A stretch of DNA of 63,244 bases, filler included, from Vannella sp. (GCA_023345925.1; 7 parts of 7 records of this genome joined end to end with filler, not necessarily neighbours in it), one strand, 5' to 3'; positions 35,514 through 46,446 are shown, counted from the first letter of the whole stretch. Numbers and translations: made by a program. Notes: generated by a model from the letters alone, not told the origin.

Positions 35514-37993
35514 TTATTGGAGATTGCACTTCTCTTTGTGCTTCTTCTTGCTAGTGGAGATTTCCTTGATTTGGGGGTCAGCAATTGGAGTTGAGATGCT
35601 CTCGAGAATCTCGGTGGCCATCACGCTAAAGAGCTCCTTGACATTGAACTCGGTCTTGGCGGAGGTTTCCAAGAGGGAAATGTTAAGCCCATCAGCGAAT
35701 TGCTTTGCAGTGTCGAAGTCGATAACCTTTAAAGTGGCCGAATCACACTTGTTGCCAACCAGGAACCTCTTGGTTCTATCAAGAGCGCATTGATCAGCGA
35801 GAGCCAGCCATCGATCCAGATTTGCAAAGGAATTGGGATTTGTAACATCGTACATGATGATGACTCCAAGAATTCCTACGAATCCATGACGACCATTGGC
35901 AAGGCGCAACGTCTCATCAATTTCGAGCTTAACAGACTTACCTCCAACCACGATCGTCTTGTTGGCCCCGCCCGAACCGAACAAATCATCAGGGAGAGGC
36001 TGACCCTCTGTGAAGGTTTCGTCCACAAACCGGCGAATCAAGGAGGTCTTGCCCGATCCACTGTCTCCAATAACCTTCAGCTTGAAGAGGTGATCGTACT
36101 TGGGCGGAGGGATGAAGCGAGGTCTTCCACCCGCCTTCTTCAGACCCTCCTTGATTTCGGGAATTGTGCTCTTCATCTCCCATGGCGACTTTGTACCGAT
36201 CTCATTAGACCATCCCTTTGGAGCAATGTAAAAACTTACTACCTGAACGAATCCTATTGGTAACTTGCTCTCGGAAGTCTCCAATTGCCACTTACCTCCT
36301 GCTAAAGTGATAAGGCAAGCGCTTGGGGATGGCCGATGGTGCTCACATTCTATTAGGCGGTGCATCAGATTCTAGTCTCCAAATGAAGGGACTGAATTGA
36401 ATCAAATCAATTACTTACGGTCTGAAAGTCCGCCTTAGGTAAGGTTGCATCCATTCCCTGACTAACTAGCTTACGGTCTAAAGGAGAATGGTACTGAGCA
36501 AGTCACCTCGATGAGATCTTTACTTACATACTAATTCCCGGTCATCAATGGGTCTTAATGCTTACGAAATAGATCTTTACCCACCCTCTGTGTATGGTCA
36601 ATTAGAGATCCCCTCCAGCTATTTACTCACAGCCTAGAAGAGAAAATAATAAGATAATGGTCATCCCTTTCGAGATCAGCCCTTCTTACAGTCTAAAAAT
36701 CGAAATTTGGTGAAAACTACTCTTCCTCCTCTTCAGATTACTTACAGCCTAGATAGAACAACCTATGAGTCTACTTTACGTCTCCATTTAAGGTATCGCT
36801 AACATGCTGAATGAGAGCCTTTGATGAGTATCAAATCCACTCAAACTTGCTCATCAACTCACACACTAATGAAGAGAATCATCGTTAGTAAAGGGGGAGA
36901 GCATTCTTAGAGCTCACTCCTTCATGAACGTTGATAGCACGACGAGAAAGCAAGTATTCAACGAATTCAGTTTTTCCATAAGCAGTTGCCAACCCAAGGT
37001 AGGTCTGGGAAGGTTATTCCAGCAGTTGATTGGGAAAACGACTTACCCACTGTTGACATTTTGTTGGCATGTTGCATCCTCTTTCTTTGAATCGAAAAAG
37101 CTTACATGCTGAAGAGGACGATGAGTAAATGTTGCCTCCATCTGTTAAAGGCGCTTGAAACTCTTACTTTCTTCTCAAAACCGGCAATTATTGTTTACTT
37201 TTCAAATGAAGTGGCCACTTACGGACTAAACCCTCAACCATAAGCAATCGCCGTGACTCTTCCATGGTTAATCACTCACACTCTTGGGAAACCGGGTGAG
37301 GATCTATTTTAAGATAATAAAAGGATCCAGGAAACTTTCTCTTCCTTTCCTATTCAAGAGAAAGTGCCTTCGGACTCACATTCTAGAATGGTTTCTGTGA
37401 AAATCCAATTCTGAGTCTCTTCCTCAAAGTCACTCACGCCATACTAACGTTTGTCCCTTTGAAGTGAGATTATGATTCAGTCACAGGCTGAGAGAGACTT
37501 TCTACTAACAGTCTAAAGGGTGTGAGTGAGGATCACATCTTCTCCTCATCAGAGATGGTCCAAAGTCCCTTACAAACTGAAGTTGAGACCTTTTGGTGAG
37601 ATTTACAGCGTTCTAATGAAAGATACAATATCACTTCCACATACCTCCTGTAGCTGCCTAGTGAGCTCAAAGAAGGTCTAAATAGACGTTCACCTACTTC
37701 CTAAGGCCATGGTCAGACATGTCCGCCCTAAGCCGTGAGCCTCGACCCTTGATCATAACTAGGTACAGACACTTACATGCTAAGCGAGCAGCTATGGTGT
37801 GAGTCCCTTCGAACGAGAGTTTCCTTCGCCCCACCCACGTACTAGAAGAGATCCCCGCCATCAGCACTGCTCCATTCTCTTCGACTGAAGAGAGGATACC
37901 CACTTCGTTGAGCTTCCTCGGATCCTCGTCCAAGATAGCCACCAGCACAGGCAGCTCCCAACCAGTCCCAGCGTCCCAAACTACTTCGGTCAT
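35514..37993 (-). CDS. Ankyrin-repeat protein with two arrays of 3-nt microexons, fused to a degenerate Rab1-like GTPase with a CaaX box
   Basis: Exon 37904-37993 MTEVVWDAGTGWELPVLVAILDEDPRKLNE; exon 36918-37004 TYLGLATAYGKTEFVEYLLSRRAINVHEG; final exon 35514-36188 SPWEMK..LKKAGG then YDHLFKL..GDSGSGKT, NKCD, ETSAK, CNLQ; all junctions phase 0. Confidence 0.85.
36189..36917 (-). other. Microexon array 2B: twelve single-codon exons
   Basis: In transcript order (lowest coordinate given): TGT 36863, CAT 36804, GCT 36746, ACT 36690, GCT 36631, AGG 36585, TAT 36528, ACC 36475, ACC 36419, AAT 36347, (CAG)GAG 36296, GTA 36240; introns 43-69 nt. Confidence 0.9.
37005..37903 (-). other. Microexon array 2A: thirteen microexons (twelve 3-nt, one 6-nt)
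   Basis: In transcript order: TAC 37839, CAT 37777, GAA 37698, GAG 37645, TTT 37574, ACT 37510, TATGGC 37438, AAT 37380, AGT 37280, TCC 37223, AAA 37168, CAT 37106, TGG 37047; introns 42-97 nt. Confidence 0.9.
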
Positions 37994-38104
37994 GCGGGGA
38001 ATGGGCCATTGAGGAAATTTTGGTTTGGGGAAAGGCTAGAAATTCTTGCAAAAGGCCAGAAATCTATCGTTAATCACAGATTTACGACATTTCACCTCAA
38101 CCGA

Positions 38105-38168
38105 CCAATCAGAGCGCGAGAATAAGCGGGAATTTAATGCGTAAATTCCCGCAAGTGCGGGAAATTTA
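38105..38168. promoter_or_regulatory. CCAAT box plus an inverted repeat carrying three GCGGGAA (E2F-like) sites
   Basis: CCAATCAG at 38105; GCGGGAATTTA 38126-38136 and TAAATTCCCGC 38142-38152; third copy at 38157. Confidence 0.4.
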
Positions 38169-38189
38169 CAATTCCTTGAATAAATGGTG

Positions 38190-38289
38190 NNNNNNNNNNN
38201 NNNNNNNNNNNNNNNNNNNNNNNNNNNNNNNNNTTAATTAATTAANNNNNNNNNNNNNNNNNNNNNNNNNNNNNNNNNNNNNNNNNNNN
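38190..38289. other. Artificial contig linker
   Basis: N44-TTAATTAATTAA-N44. Confidence 0.98.
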
Positions 38290-40314
38290 TTGCCAACGCT
38301 ACCAACGCAGATGTTACTTACATCGGTTGGGGTCCTAACAATCAGATTGTGAGCTTTCTCTCCATCCACAACACCCTTTCTGACTCTCACTAGAGCTTTG
38401 TACGCTTCAACGATCTCTGGGTAGTGTCAGATGCCACACCCGGGAAGATTGCAAAGCACACGAAGAGAGTCACTAACGATGGTGAAGACTTGGTGATTCT
38501 CAATGGCGCCTCTGACTGGGCCTATGAGGAAGAAATCTATGAGAGTGCCCAAGCCAACTTCTGGTCGCCTGATGGGCGCTCTCTGGCCTACGTCAAGTTC
38601 CAGTTCGACCAGGTGCCAGAATATCAATTCCCGATTTACTCTCAAAATAGGACTTATCCGGGCACCTACTCGTACAAGTATCCATGCGTATGTCAGATAC
38701 CTTTACGTGCCTCCCTAATATCGAAAATAGGCAGGAGAAGCCAATTCCATTGTATCTTTGTGGGTTTTCGATGCTGAAAAGAACACTACCAGCCAAGTAC
38801 AACTGCCCGATCATTCAAATCAATATCTTTCAGCAATCAAGTGGCTGAATAACGGCTCTCTGGCCTATTTTGTGCTTGACCGGATCCAACAAAAACAAGA
38901 GTTGTGGGCTTTTAGTGTGGAAGAGAAGGCTACCGTCCTCCTTAACACTCAAACAGACGCCCATTGGATTGATCCATACTATCAAATCCATTCGATTCGC
39001 AATGGAGAGCAAGTAATCCTCATGCAGGCAAGAGAGGACCGAAAGCATTTTGTGCTTTTCGACCGGGCTGGTTTAGAACTCAAGGACCTGAACAAGGGAG
39101 GAGAATACGATGTTGAAGACTTTTTGGGATTTGATGAAGAGTCTGGTATCTTCTACTTCACCGCTCACTCTCCCACTCCCCTTAATCTTAATGTGTTTGC
39201 CCTTGATATTGAGACAAGCATAACTCAGTTACTATCCGGTGGGGACCTCGTCCATGCCACTGCCGTTATGAGTCCTTCTCGACGCCTATCCACTTTATAC
39301 ACTTATGGAGAAGACATTCCGAACACCAAAATCATCTCCAATCGCTTCGGAGTGGCGAGTCCACTCATTGTTCTTGAAGATAACGCGGCTTTTAACGACT
39401 CTCTGAGTGGTTTGGCTATGCCAACAAGAGAATACTGGACCATTCCATCTGCTTCAGAAGAGTACCAGCTCAATGCGGTGGCTTATCTTCCTCCTGGATG
39501 GGATCCAAAAGGAGATCTCAAGTACCCAGTATTATTGTACGTCTACGGCGGTCCCGATTCCCAAACGGTCAACTTCCAGTTTGAATTGGGGTCGTGGAAC
39601 TTTCACTCTTTCCTGGCCTCCTCTATGGGCATCATTGTCTTGAGTGTTGACAATCGGGGCACTTGCTGTCGTGGCCAGACCTTCCTGAAACAGTCCTACA
39701 AAGATCTGGGCCACGTTGAAACAGAAGACCAAATAGCTGCGATGCACTATGCCAGTGAGCTCCCTTTTGTAGACTCAAGTAAAGTCGCTATCTGGGGATG
39801 GAGCTATGGCGGTTACATGGCTGCTAGAGTGATATCTTCTGGAGAGAAAGTTGTGCGTGGCGCGATCTCTGTTGCCCCTGTCACTGACTGGAGATTCTAC
39901 GACAGCGTTTACACTGAAAGATACATGCAAACTCCCCAACTGAACCCTGATGGATACCAGGCTTCAGCTGTCCTGCCCCGAGCATCTCAAGTCCAAACAG
40001 AATACCTTCTTGTCCATGGCACAGGCGATGACAATGTTCACTTCCAAAACTCTGCTGATTGGGTCACCAGCTTAGTGAATGCAGGAGTTGATCTCCAAAC
40101 AATGTACTACCCGGACAAGGCACACTCCCTCTCTGGGATAGCCACCCGCACCCATCTCTGGAAGCTTCTTTCCCGCTTCTGTGCCAAGATCTTCAGCCTT
40201 CCCACTCCTCTTTTCGACCCCTCTTTGACCCCCAAGAGAAGTTCCCGCCGATCTCACACCAGCAATACCTTCAAAGGGGACACCCGCCCTGGCATCCCCC
40301 TTCGCCCTCTTTAA
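38290..40314 (+). CDS. DPP4: Dipeptidyl peptidase IV (S9B), 5' partial
   Basis: DWAYEEE, VYGGP, GWSYGG, YDSVYTERYM, HGTGDDNVH. Confidence 0.93.
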
Positions 40315-40448
40315 TACACGTAACATTTATTCTCCACCCACAGGATTCCCCGACCTCGTATGAACGTGGAGTAATTATATCATTATGATGGAATGGTTTG
40401 CCTTTTTAGGATGTACGACGATAGCATTGTTTGTATCCCCTTGTGGAG

Positions 40449-41612
40449 ATGCCTGAAGATAAACCGGTGGACCCCAACCTCAGTGATGAAGACTCTCAGG
40501 AAGGCGACCCCATCCGCGTGACGGAAGAGATCGTGCAAGAAGAGGCGGAGGAGCGCGTGGTTATTCGAGAGGAACGCTACATCAACGAGGATGGCAAGAC
40601 AGTCATCCGACGCGTGTATAAGAAGCAAGGGACGAAGAAGAAAGGCAAGAAGACTGCGAAGAAGACCAAGAAGCCTTCCCGTGACAGCGATAAGTACCTT
40701 GGAGTTGACGTGAAAACCTCAGCGATTGGCGGCTTTGGTGGCATCGTGGAAGAGTATGATGGGACCCCAGAGCTTCTCCGGTTCAAGCTGCGCAAGAGAG
40801 AGGACACGCTAGACGAGTCTACAGGGAATGAAGGTGAGGGTGGTGCTGAGTGGCAGGCAAAGAAGCTTCGGTCGACTGCCAAGGAGTCCCAAGAGGACCT
40901 AAGTACCATCGAAGACGAAGTTTTCAACTTCAGGAAGCTCCTTCGAAAGCGTGAGGACTCTCCTGTGGTCGAAAGACGGTCTGTGGAGAGCCGGCCGAAC
41001 GAGAACTTCCGCAGCGCCCTCAGAACCCGCGTAGGAGACGATTCCAATGCTTCCAAACTCGTTCCTCAAGAAGAACAGAAGCCTGACTTCCTGGGCGTGC
41101 TCAAGAAGAAGAGCGTTCAACCAAACACTGAAAGGGTCGTTGAGGAGGAGGAGAAACCCAACTTCCTTGGAGTCCTCAAGAAGGGAACTACAAGCATAGA
41201 GCCTAAGACCTCTCATGACACTGAGGAAGTAGCAGAATGGCAAAAGGTGAAGCTCCGAACCGGAGCTCGAACGGAACCCGACAAGGAAGGAAAGGCTTCC
41301 GCGCCAGTGGAAGAGACTAAGACCTTTGTCAGTCTCCGTAAGACCGAACAGAAGACTTTGATCGAAGAAGAGGACAAGGTGGCCAAGGCTAGAGAGAGCG
41401 AACTGAAAGCAATCGAACGCCGTGACCAGCGACTCCGCAAGGAAGAGGAAGGGAAAGCCTCCAAAGACGCAGACAGCAAGCTCCTTCAGCAAAAGAAGAG
41501 CACCCTCCAAGAAGAGGTTGAAGCTCTTCAAGCCAAGAAGGATCGTCTCACAGCCGAGCTGGAGGAACTAGAACAACAAATTGCTGCTCGACGAAGAGAA
41601 CTGAGCCAGTAG
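40449..41612 (+). CDS. Charged coiled-coil protein with repeated F-x-x-x-L-[RK]-[RK] motifs
   Basis: Long ORF; NFRKLLRK, NFRSALRT, DFLGVLKK, NFLGVLKK; C-terminal coiled coil. Confidence 0.7.
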   Translation: MPEDKPVDPNLSDEDSQEGDPIRVTEEIVQEEAEERVVIREERYINEDGKTVIRRVYKKQGTKKKGKKTAKKTKKPSRDSDKYLGVDVKTSAIGGFGGIVEEYDGTPELLRFKLRKREDTLDESTGNEGEGGAEWQAKKLRSTAKESQEDLSTIEDEVFNFRKLLRKREDSPVVERRSVESRPNENFRSALRTRVGDDSNASKLVPQEEQKPDFLGVLKKKSVQPNTERVVEEEEKPNFLGVLKKGTTSIEPKTSHDTEEVAEWQKVKLRTGARTEPDKEGKASAPVEETKTFVSLRKTEQKTLIEEEDKVAKARESELKAIERRDQRLRKEEEGKASKDADSKLLQQKKSTLQEEVEALQAKKDRLTAELEELEQQIAARRRELSQ

Positions 41613-41809
41613 AACCCCGTTCTGCATGTGTGCCCGTCTTCCCCCATCGTCACGGCCTTCGTCGTAACTGATAAACATCGCTATGAGCTGTTCACCCGTC
41701 GGGAACCTCCGGAAAAGAGAACAAGGAGAGTTTAGTTCAACCCAGAGGATGACAGAAACGAGGGAATCTGGATCTGCTGTACAAAGGAGGGAAAGAGGGG
41801 CCGCAAGTC

Positions 41810-42606
41810 TCACATGACCAGGCACTTCTTCCTCTTCTTAGGGGCGAAGAGAACAGCCTTAACTGCCTCATCGAAGACTGTTTTCAAGTTCTCTCCAGTC
41901 TTGGCGGAGCACTCCAAGTACTTGATCGCCTTAATTTTCTTAGCGAGTTCGTTACCCTACAGAAGAGCAGAAAGGGTCAGCTAACTTGCTTGTACTTCCA
42001 CACACCATGCAAAAATGCATCAGAAGGAGTGAGGAGGCGACTCACCTGGTCAGCAGGGATGGGTTGTTGCCCCAAGCTCTTGAGCTTGTCAAGAGTTCCT
42101 GAATCACCTCTCAAATCCAGTTTGGTGCCGACAAGGATCTGTGGAACCTCAGGACAGAAGTGGATGACTTCAGGGTACCACTTGCTGGTGACGTTTTCGA
42201 ACGACACGGGGTTCGTCACCGAGAAACAGACGAGGAAGACGTTGGCGTTCGCGTAACTGAGAGGACGAAGGCGATCATACTCTTCTTGCCCTATTAATGC
42301 AGTTAGATTGTGTTCCCTTACCCTCCCGAGGACAGAAAAAAAGAAGGCTCACCAGCTGTGTCCCAAAGACCCAACTCGATGGTCTGTTCTCCTGCTGTGA
42401 GATTGACAACATAGTTATCAAACACTGTGGGAATGTAGTCCTCAGGGAACCGGTTGTTGGCGTAGCTGATAAGCAGGCCTGAACAATACCGCGTTAGTGG
42501 AGGGACATCGAGGACCTCATCGCATCTACGCGAGACAAGACCACCTACAGGTTTTTCCGACAGCACCATCACCAATAACCACAAGTTTGATTCCCTTTGA
42601 GGTCAT
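41810..42606 (-). CDS. racC: Rac/Rho GTPase, closest in pattern to Dictyostelium RacC
   Basis: [51 protein letters not shown], CaaX CLVM. Confidence 0.88.
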
Positions 42607-42813
42607 GGCGGGCAGACACCAGCAACCAGCAGAAAATGGGCCACAAGCTTGACCCCCATTTTCCCAAAGCCCGCTTCGCTGAATCGGCTCCTTTATCCCC
42701 ACATTAATTCAGTGTGATTTAATATAAAATTAAGGAACTATCGATAAGGACTAGGTGGGAAGGATCACCGATTGGGTACTTTGTATTGGCTGCCTCTGGT
42801 CAACCGTTGGGCG

Positions 42814-44727
42814 ATGGGCAACAACGTCGGTGTGGAGCTTAATCCCCTGCGGATGGAGGATCTACTCAAGAAGGATCAACCTCAGGTGGAAGAGCGGACC
42901 ACCTTTGGTCGGTTTAACAGTATCCTTCGCCTTTGGGCTTTCCAACCGCACGAGGACGACGTTCTCTTCATCCTGAACCATCCCGTCAACCTCTTGGATT
43001 TTACAGGGTTCAAGGCTGAGTACTGTTACATCCTTCTTCATATCTACCGTGGATCTATCATCCCCATACCTGAGGAGAGCTATTCGTCTGCCCGGAAGGA
43101 CCAGCCCCCTGCTCTGGACCTGGATGTTATTCGAAAGAGTGTAGAAAACATCAGTCCTCGTGGGCAGATGGAGTACGGAGGCAACAACTCCTTCTCAAGC
43201 TGTTGCAGCGGGGTTTCATCAAGCGCCAGCCAATACGAGGTCTTCGTGTGGAACGGAAAGGGTTCCTCAGCACACAATCGCGCAAACTCGCTTGCAAAAT
43301 GCTACGAGCTTCATGGATCCCTACGTGATGGCCGTGGTCTTTACTATGACGACGGTTCCACAACAGGAGGAGAGAAGAACCTCGTCCCCCTCTCTCATAG
43401 TGATCCCTCCTCCATCTCAGAAGAAGAGTGGGGTGTTCTGATGAAGCAGAACTTATTTTTCAGGACTCTCGATACTCTCTACCACACAGAAGGCACGCCA
43501 CGGAAACCTCCAATTAAGGGCCCAGAGGAGCGGTCAAAGCGAGATCCCTCTTCCAAGCGCCGCTCATCTAGCAGTAAGAGACAATGCACACGCAAAGGCT
43601 CGTTTCTAACTTGCAAATCTCTAGCAAAGACCCGAGCCTCTCGAAACCTCAAGGATCTCCCACGGATTGAACTTCCTGGGTCTCAACAGCTTGTCAGCCG
43701 CAGTCGAAGCAACCAAAGTCAAAGCCCTTCGCGGTCACTCTCCTTGCCGCAGAACAAGATACCACTTAGCCTCAAGTCCAAGTCCAAGCTGGGGAACTTA
43801 AGGCTGGACTTTCACAGCATGTCAGAGTCAATCTCCGAAGAGGAGGTTGGCGAGCCTCCTGCAAGCAACAACGCCATCATTGCACGTTACACCAAAGTGT
43901 GCTCCCAAATCACTGATCAATTGTACATTGGCGGAGACGGTGTGGCCAGCGACAAGCGTATACTCACAGAAAAGGGAATCACTCACATCCTCAACTGTGC
44001 TGGTACTGCATGCAAGGACTACTTCCCCAGCGACTTCTCGTATCTGACGTTCTTCCTTTACGATGGCTCCTCCGAGAAGATCGCTTGTCTCTTCTACGAT
44101 GCCCTGGAGTTCATAGACGACGCGATATCTCAAGGGGGTGTCGTGTTCGTGCATTGCCACCAGGGTATATCAAGGTCGAGCGCCATGTTGATCCTCTATC
44201 TGATGTGGAAAGAGAACAAACGCTTCACCGAGCTCCACGAGTTCGTCAAGTCCAAGAGGGAGATCTGCAACCCCAATGCCAACTTTACTTGCCAGTTGCT
44301 GAACTGGTGGAAGTCACGAACAGAGGACAAAGGAAAGCCCCGCGTCTTTGTGGTGACTCCTCACTCAACAGAGGATCCGGACACTCTCGCTCTTCGTGAG
44401 CTCCCCGTTCCCCTGACATCAGTCGACCCTCAAGGATGCTATATCTTCTGCCAAGCAGAGCAGGTTACCACATGGACAGGAAGCGAAGCTCCTCGTGTCC
44501 TCCGAAAAGGCGTGCGGAGGTACGTCAAGTTATTGCAGCGGTTCGAGGAGATGCCCGCCAACGTCGTCCGCCTGAAGGATGGAAAAAACTCTCCTACACT
44601 TGAGGATGCCTTCGTCCCAGCCTTACAGAACGTCACGGCGGACCCAAGTCTGTCGAGCTTGTTCTCTTTGGCGCGCTCGCGACCTCGAAAATCAAAGAGT
44701 CGGAACGTCTCTGAGAGCTCTGTATGA
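42814..44727 (+). CDS. Dual-specificity (MAP kinase) phosphatase with gelsolin-like segments
   Basis: VHCHQGISRS, CNPN; gelsolin-like YEVFVWNGKGS and CYIF...TWTG; MGN N-terminus. Confidence 0.85.
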   Translation: MGNNVGVELNPLRMEDLLKKDQPQVEERTTFGRFNSILRLWAFQPHEDDVLFILNHPVNLLDFTGFKAEYCYILLHIYRGSIIPIPEESYSSARKDQPPALDLDVIRKSVENISPRGQMEYGGNNSFSSCCSGVSSSASQYEVFVWNGKGSSAHNRANSLAKCYELHGSLRDGRGLYYDDGSTTGGEKNLVPLSHSDPSSISEEEWGVLMKQNLFFRTLDTLYHTEGTPRKPPIKGPEERSKRDPSSKRRSSSSKRQCTRKGSFLTCKSLAKTRASRNLKDLPRIELPGSQQLVSRSRSNQSQSPSRSLSLPQNKIPLSLKSKSKLGNLRLDFHSMSESISEEEVGEPPASNNAIIARYTKVCSQITDQLYIGGDGVASDKRILTEKGITHILNCAGTACKDYFPSDFSYLTFFLYDGSSEKIACLFYDALEFIDDAISQGGVVFVHCHQGISRSSAMLILYLMWKENKRFTELHEFVKSKREICNPNANFTCQLLNWWKSRTEDKGKPRVFVVTPHSTEDPDTLALRELPVPLTSVDPQGCYIFCQAEQVTTWTGSEAPRVLRKGVRRYVKLLQRFEEMPANVVRLKDGKNSPTLEDAFVPALQNVTADPSLSSLFSLARSRPRKSKSRNVSESSV

Positions 44728-44831
44728 TAGAAACTAGTCCTTGTGCACTAGGGTGTAGCTGTTGGAGTCCTGTATTGTATCATAAACTCCTCTTCTCGTC
44801 CCCAAACTCATTTTTTGTTCGCTCGTAGGGA

Positions 44832-46352
44832 ATGGGGACCGACGATGAGCTTGAGCAGCTGTTAGAGGACCAGAGTTCTACTTCAGGTGTTCAGGAACCT
44901 GATGTTGAACGAGTGGTCCCTTCTGTGGTCCCTTCTGTGACCCCCACACAGACAGTTCTGTCGAGTGCTTCTCAGCAGGCGGGGCCAGGGGGGCTCACAG
45001 ACGCTCAAAAGGCTCAATATGGTACCACTAGTTAATCCTTACCATGTGAGATCTCATTGGTGGCTAGCACGAGCACAGCAGATCCAGTTTGTTCGATTTA
45101 TCGATGTGGTGAAGAACCGCCTTCCAGAACAGCAGTGCACGACTGTTTCAGACATCAATCTCAAGTTCTTCGTTCGTTCGTTCGTCTCTCAGCGTTAGGA
45201 AACTGACGCAGAGCCAGGCTCAAGAGATCACCTTCGACGAATATCGCCAAAGGCTCCTTCAGGGTATCCAGAGCGTCAAGTATGAGCTCTTAGTGAAACA
45301 GTTTAAGCTGATGCAAGGGAGTCAGACAAAGGTTCGTTGCTCTCCTCTTCAGCAAGCGCAAGGACTAACTTCCTTCGTCCGCAACTTCAGAATAACTCCC
45401 AGAGGGGCTCTCCACAGGGGATTGGTAGGCTGACGACTCACTCAGAAGAATGATGGAGGCTAATGATGTGGGCTGATGATCAGATCCTCGAGTTGTGGCC
45501 CACCGAGGGTCGGCACCAACACTAATTGATGCCTCTTCCAGTGTTAACCTCACCATTAGACCTGGTGTGAAGACAGATATCTCCCAGATTGCTAGGATAC
45601 CCATTCCTCTACCTGGGAAGCCTCGTTCAATGTCCACTGGCCCAGCTGTGGTCTCCTTTGAAGGGATGGCGCTTGTAAATCAAGCAGCAATGCGCCACAG
45701 GATCGAGAACATCGGCAGACGCTTCCCTATCAATAGGGTGGACGATAAGGTGTACGAGTACATGACATTGGCCCTTCAGGAGCGCCTACGAAGTGTAGTG
45801 GAGGAGTTGGTGGTGATCTCACGCAAGCGGACGGACGATCCAGGCCCTTCTTACTTCACCTTTACTGAGACATCAGATACCAAGAGCTCTCTGAGAGAAA
45901 TAGAGCGAAGAGAGCGCGAAGAAACAGAAAGGAGAGAGAGAGATCAAAGACAACGCCTTTTGGAAGAGGCACGAGCAAACAGGAAGAACAAAGCGATGCA
46001 AGAGAGAGTTAGTCGCGTTGTACAAGATGAAGAGAATAAGAGTACAGATAACACGGCCTTCCTGGCTCTGGGAACCAAACGCGGGCGACCCAAAGTTAAC
46101 CAACCCTCTCCCTCTGCTGCTCCTCCGAGGGGTTTGGGTACCCCCTTGGTAAGTAGTAAGTACAAGGATCATCATTACTAACTACTTCCCATCGATCAGG
46201 CGCCTGCCCATGTTCCGCCCTCCTCAAAGATCAGTTTCAAAGATGTCATGGTTTTGGTGGAACGCGATGTAGACCTTCAAGTGAACGCCCCAGCACTGAC
46301 ACAAAAGTGCTTCTTAGGAAAGGGTGGACTCAGATACGCTCATACCAAGTAG
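44832..46352 (+). CDS. TAF4: TAF4-like TFIID subunit
   Basis: Histone-fold ALQERLRSVVEEL..ISRKR, DNTAFLALG, ISFKDV..LVERD. Confidence 0.7.
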
Positions 46353-46446
46353 CACACCCAAGGATTGTATATTTCCCTTCTTCTTTGATCATGCCTTCCT
46401 TTCGTCCTATCTTTACCAACGCCAAGCTCAAGGCATGAATGAAGCT

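Noticed and set aside
36189..36365. N-terminal 59 aa (MHRLIEC...) of the 283-aa Rab-like ORF
   Set aside because: Read-through of three introns and three microexons that happens to lack stops; it contains strong GTAAGT/GTGAGC donors
37480..37615. Extra candidate microexons CCT (37485-37487) and AACGCT (37607-37612)
   Set aside because: They would need 22-32 nt introns, shorter than any others seen here; not counted, though they could be mutually exclusive alternatives
36189..37903. Regular ~55-nt periodicity resembling a CRISPR array or minisatellite
   Set aside because: There is no conserved 25-40 nt repeat; the only recurring elements are splice donor, acceptor and branch signals, and there are no cas genes
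41958..42046. Longer racC intron as a third snoRNA host
   Set aside because: No convincing box C, terminal stem or rRNA guide
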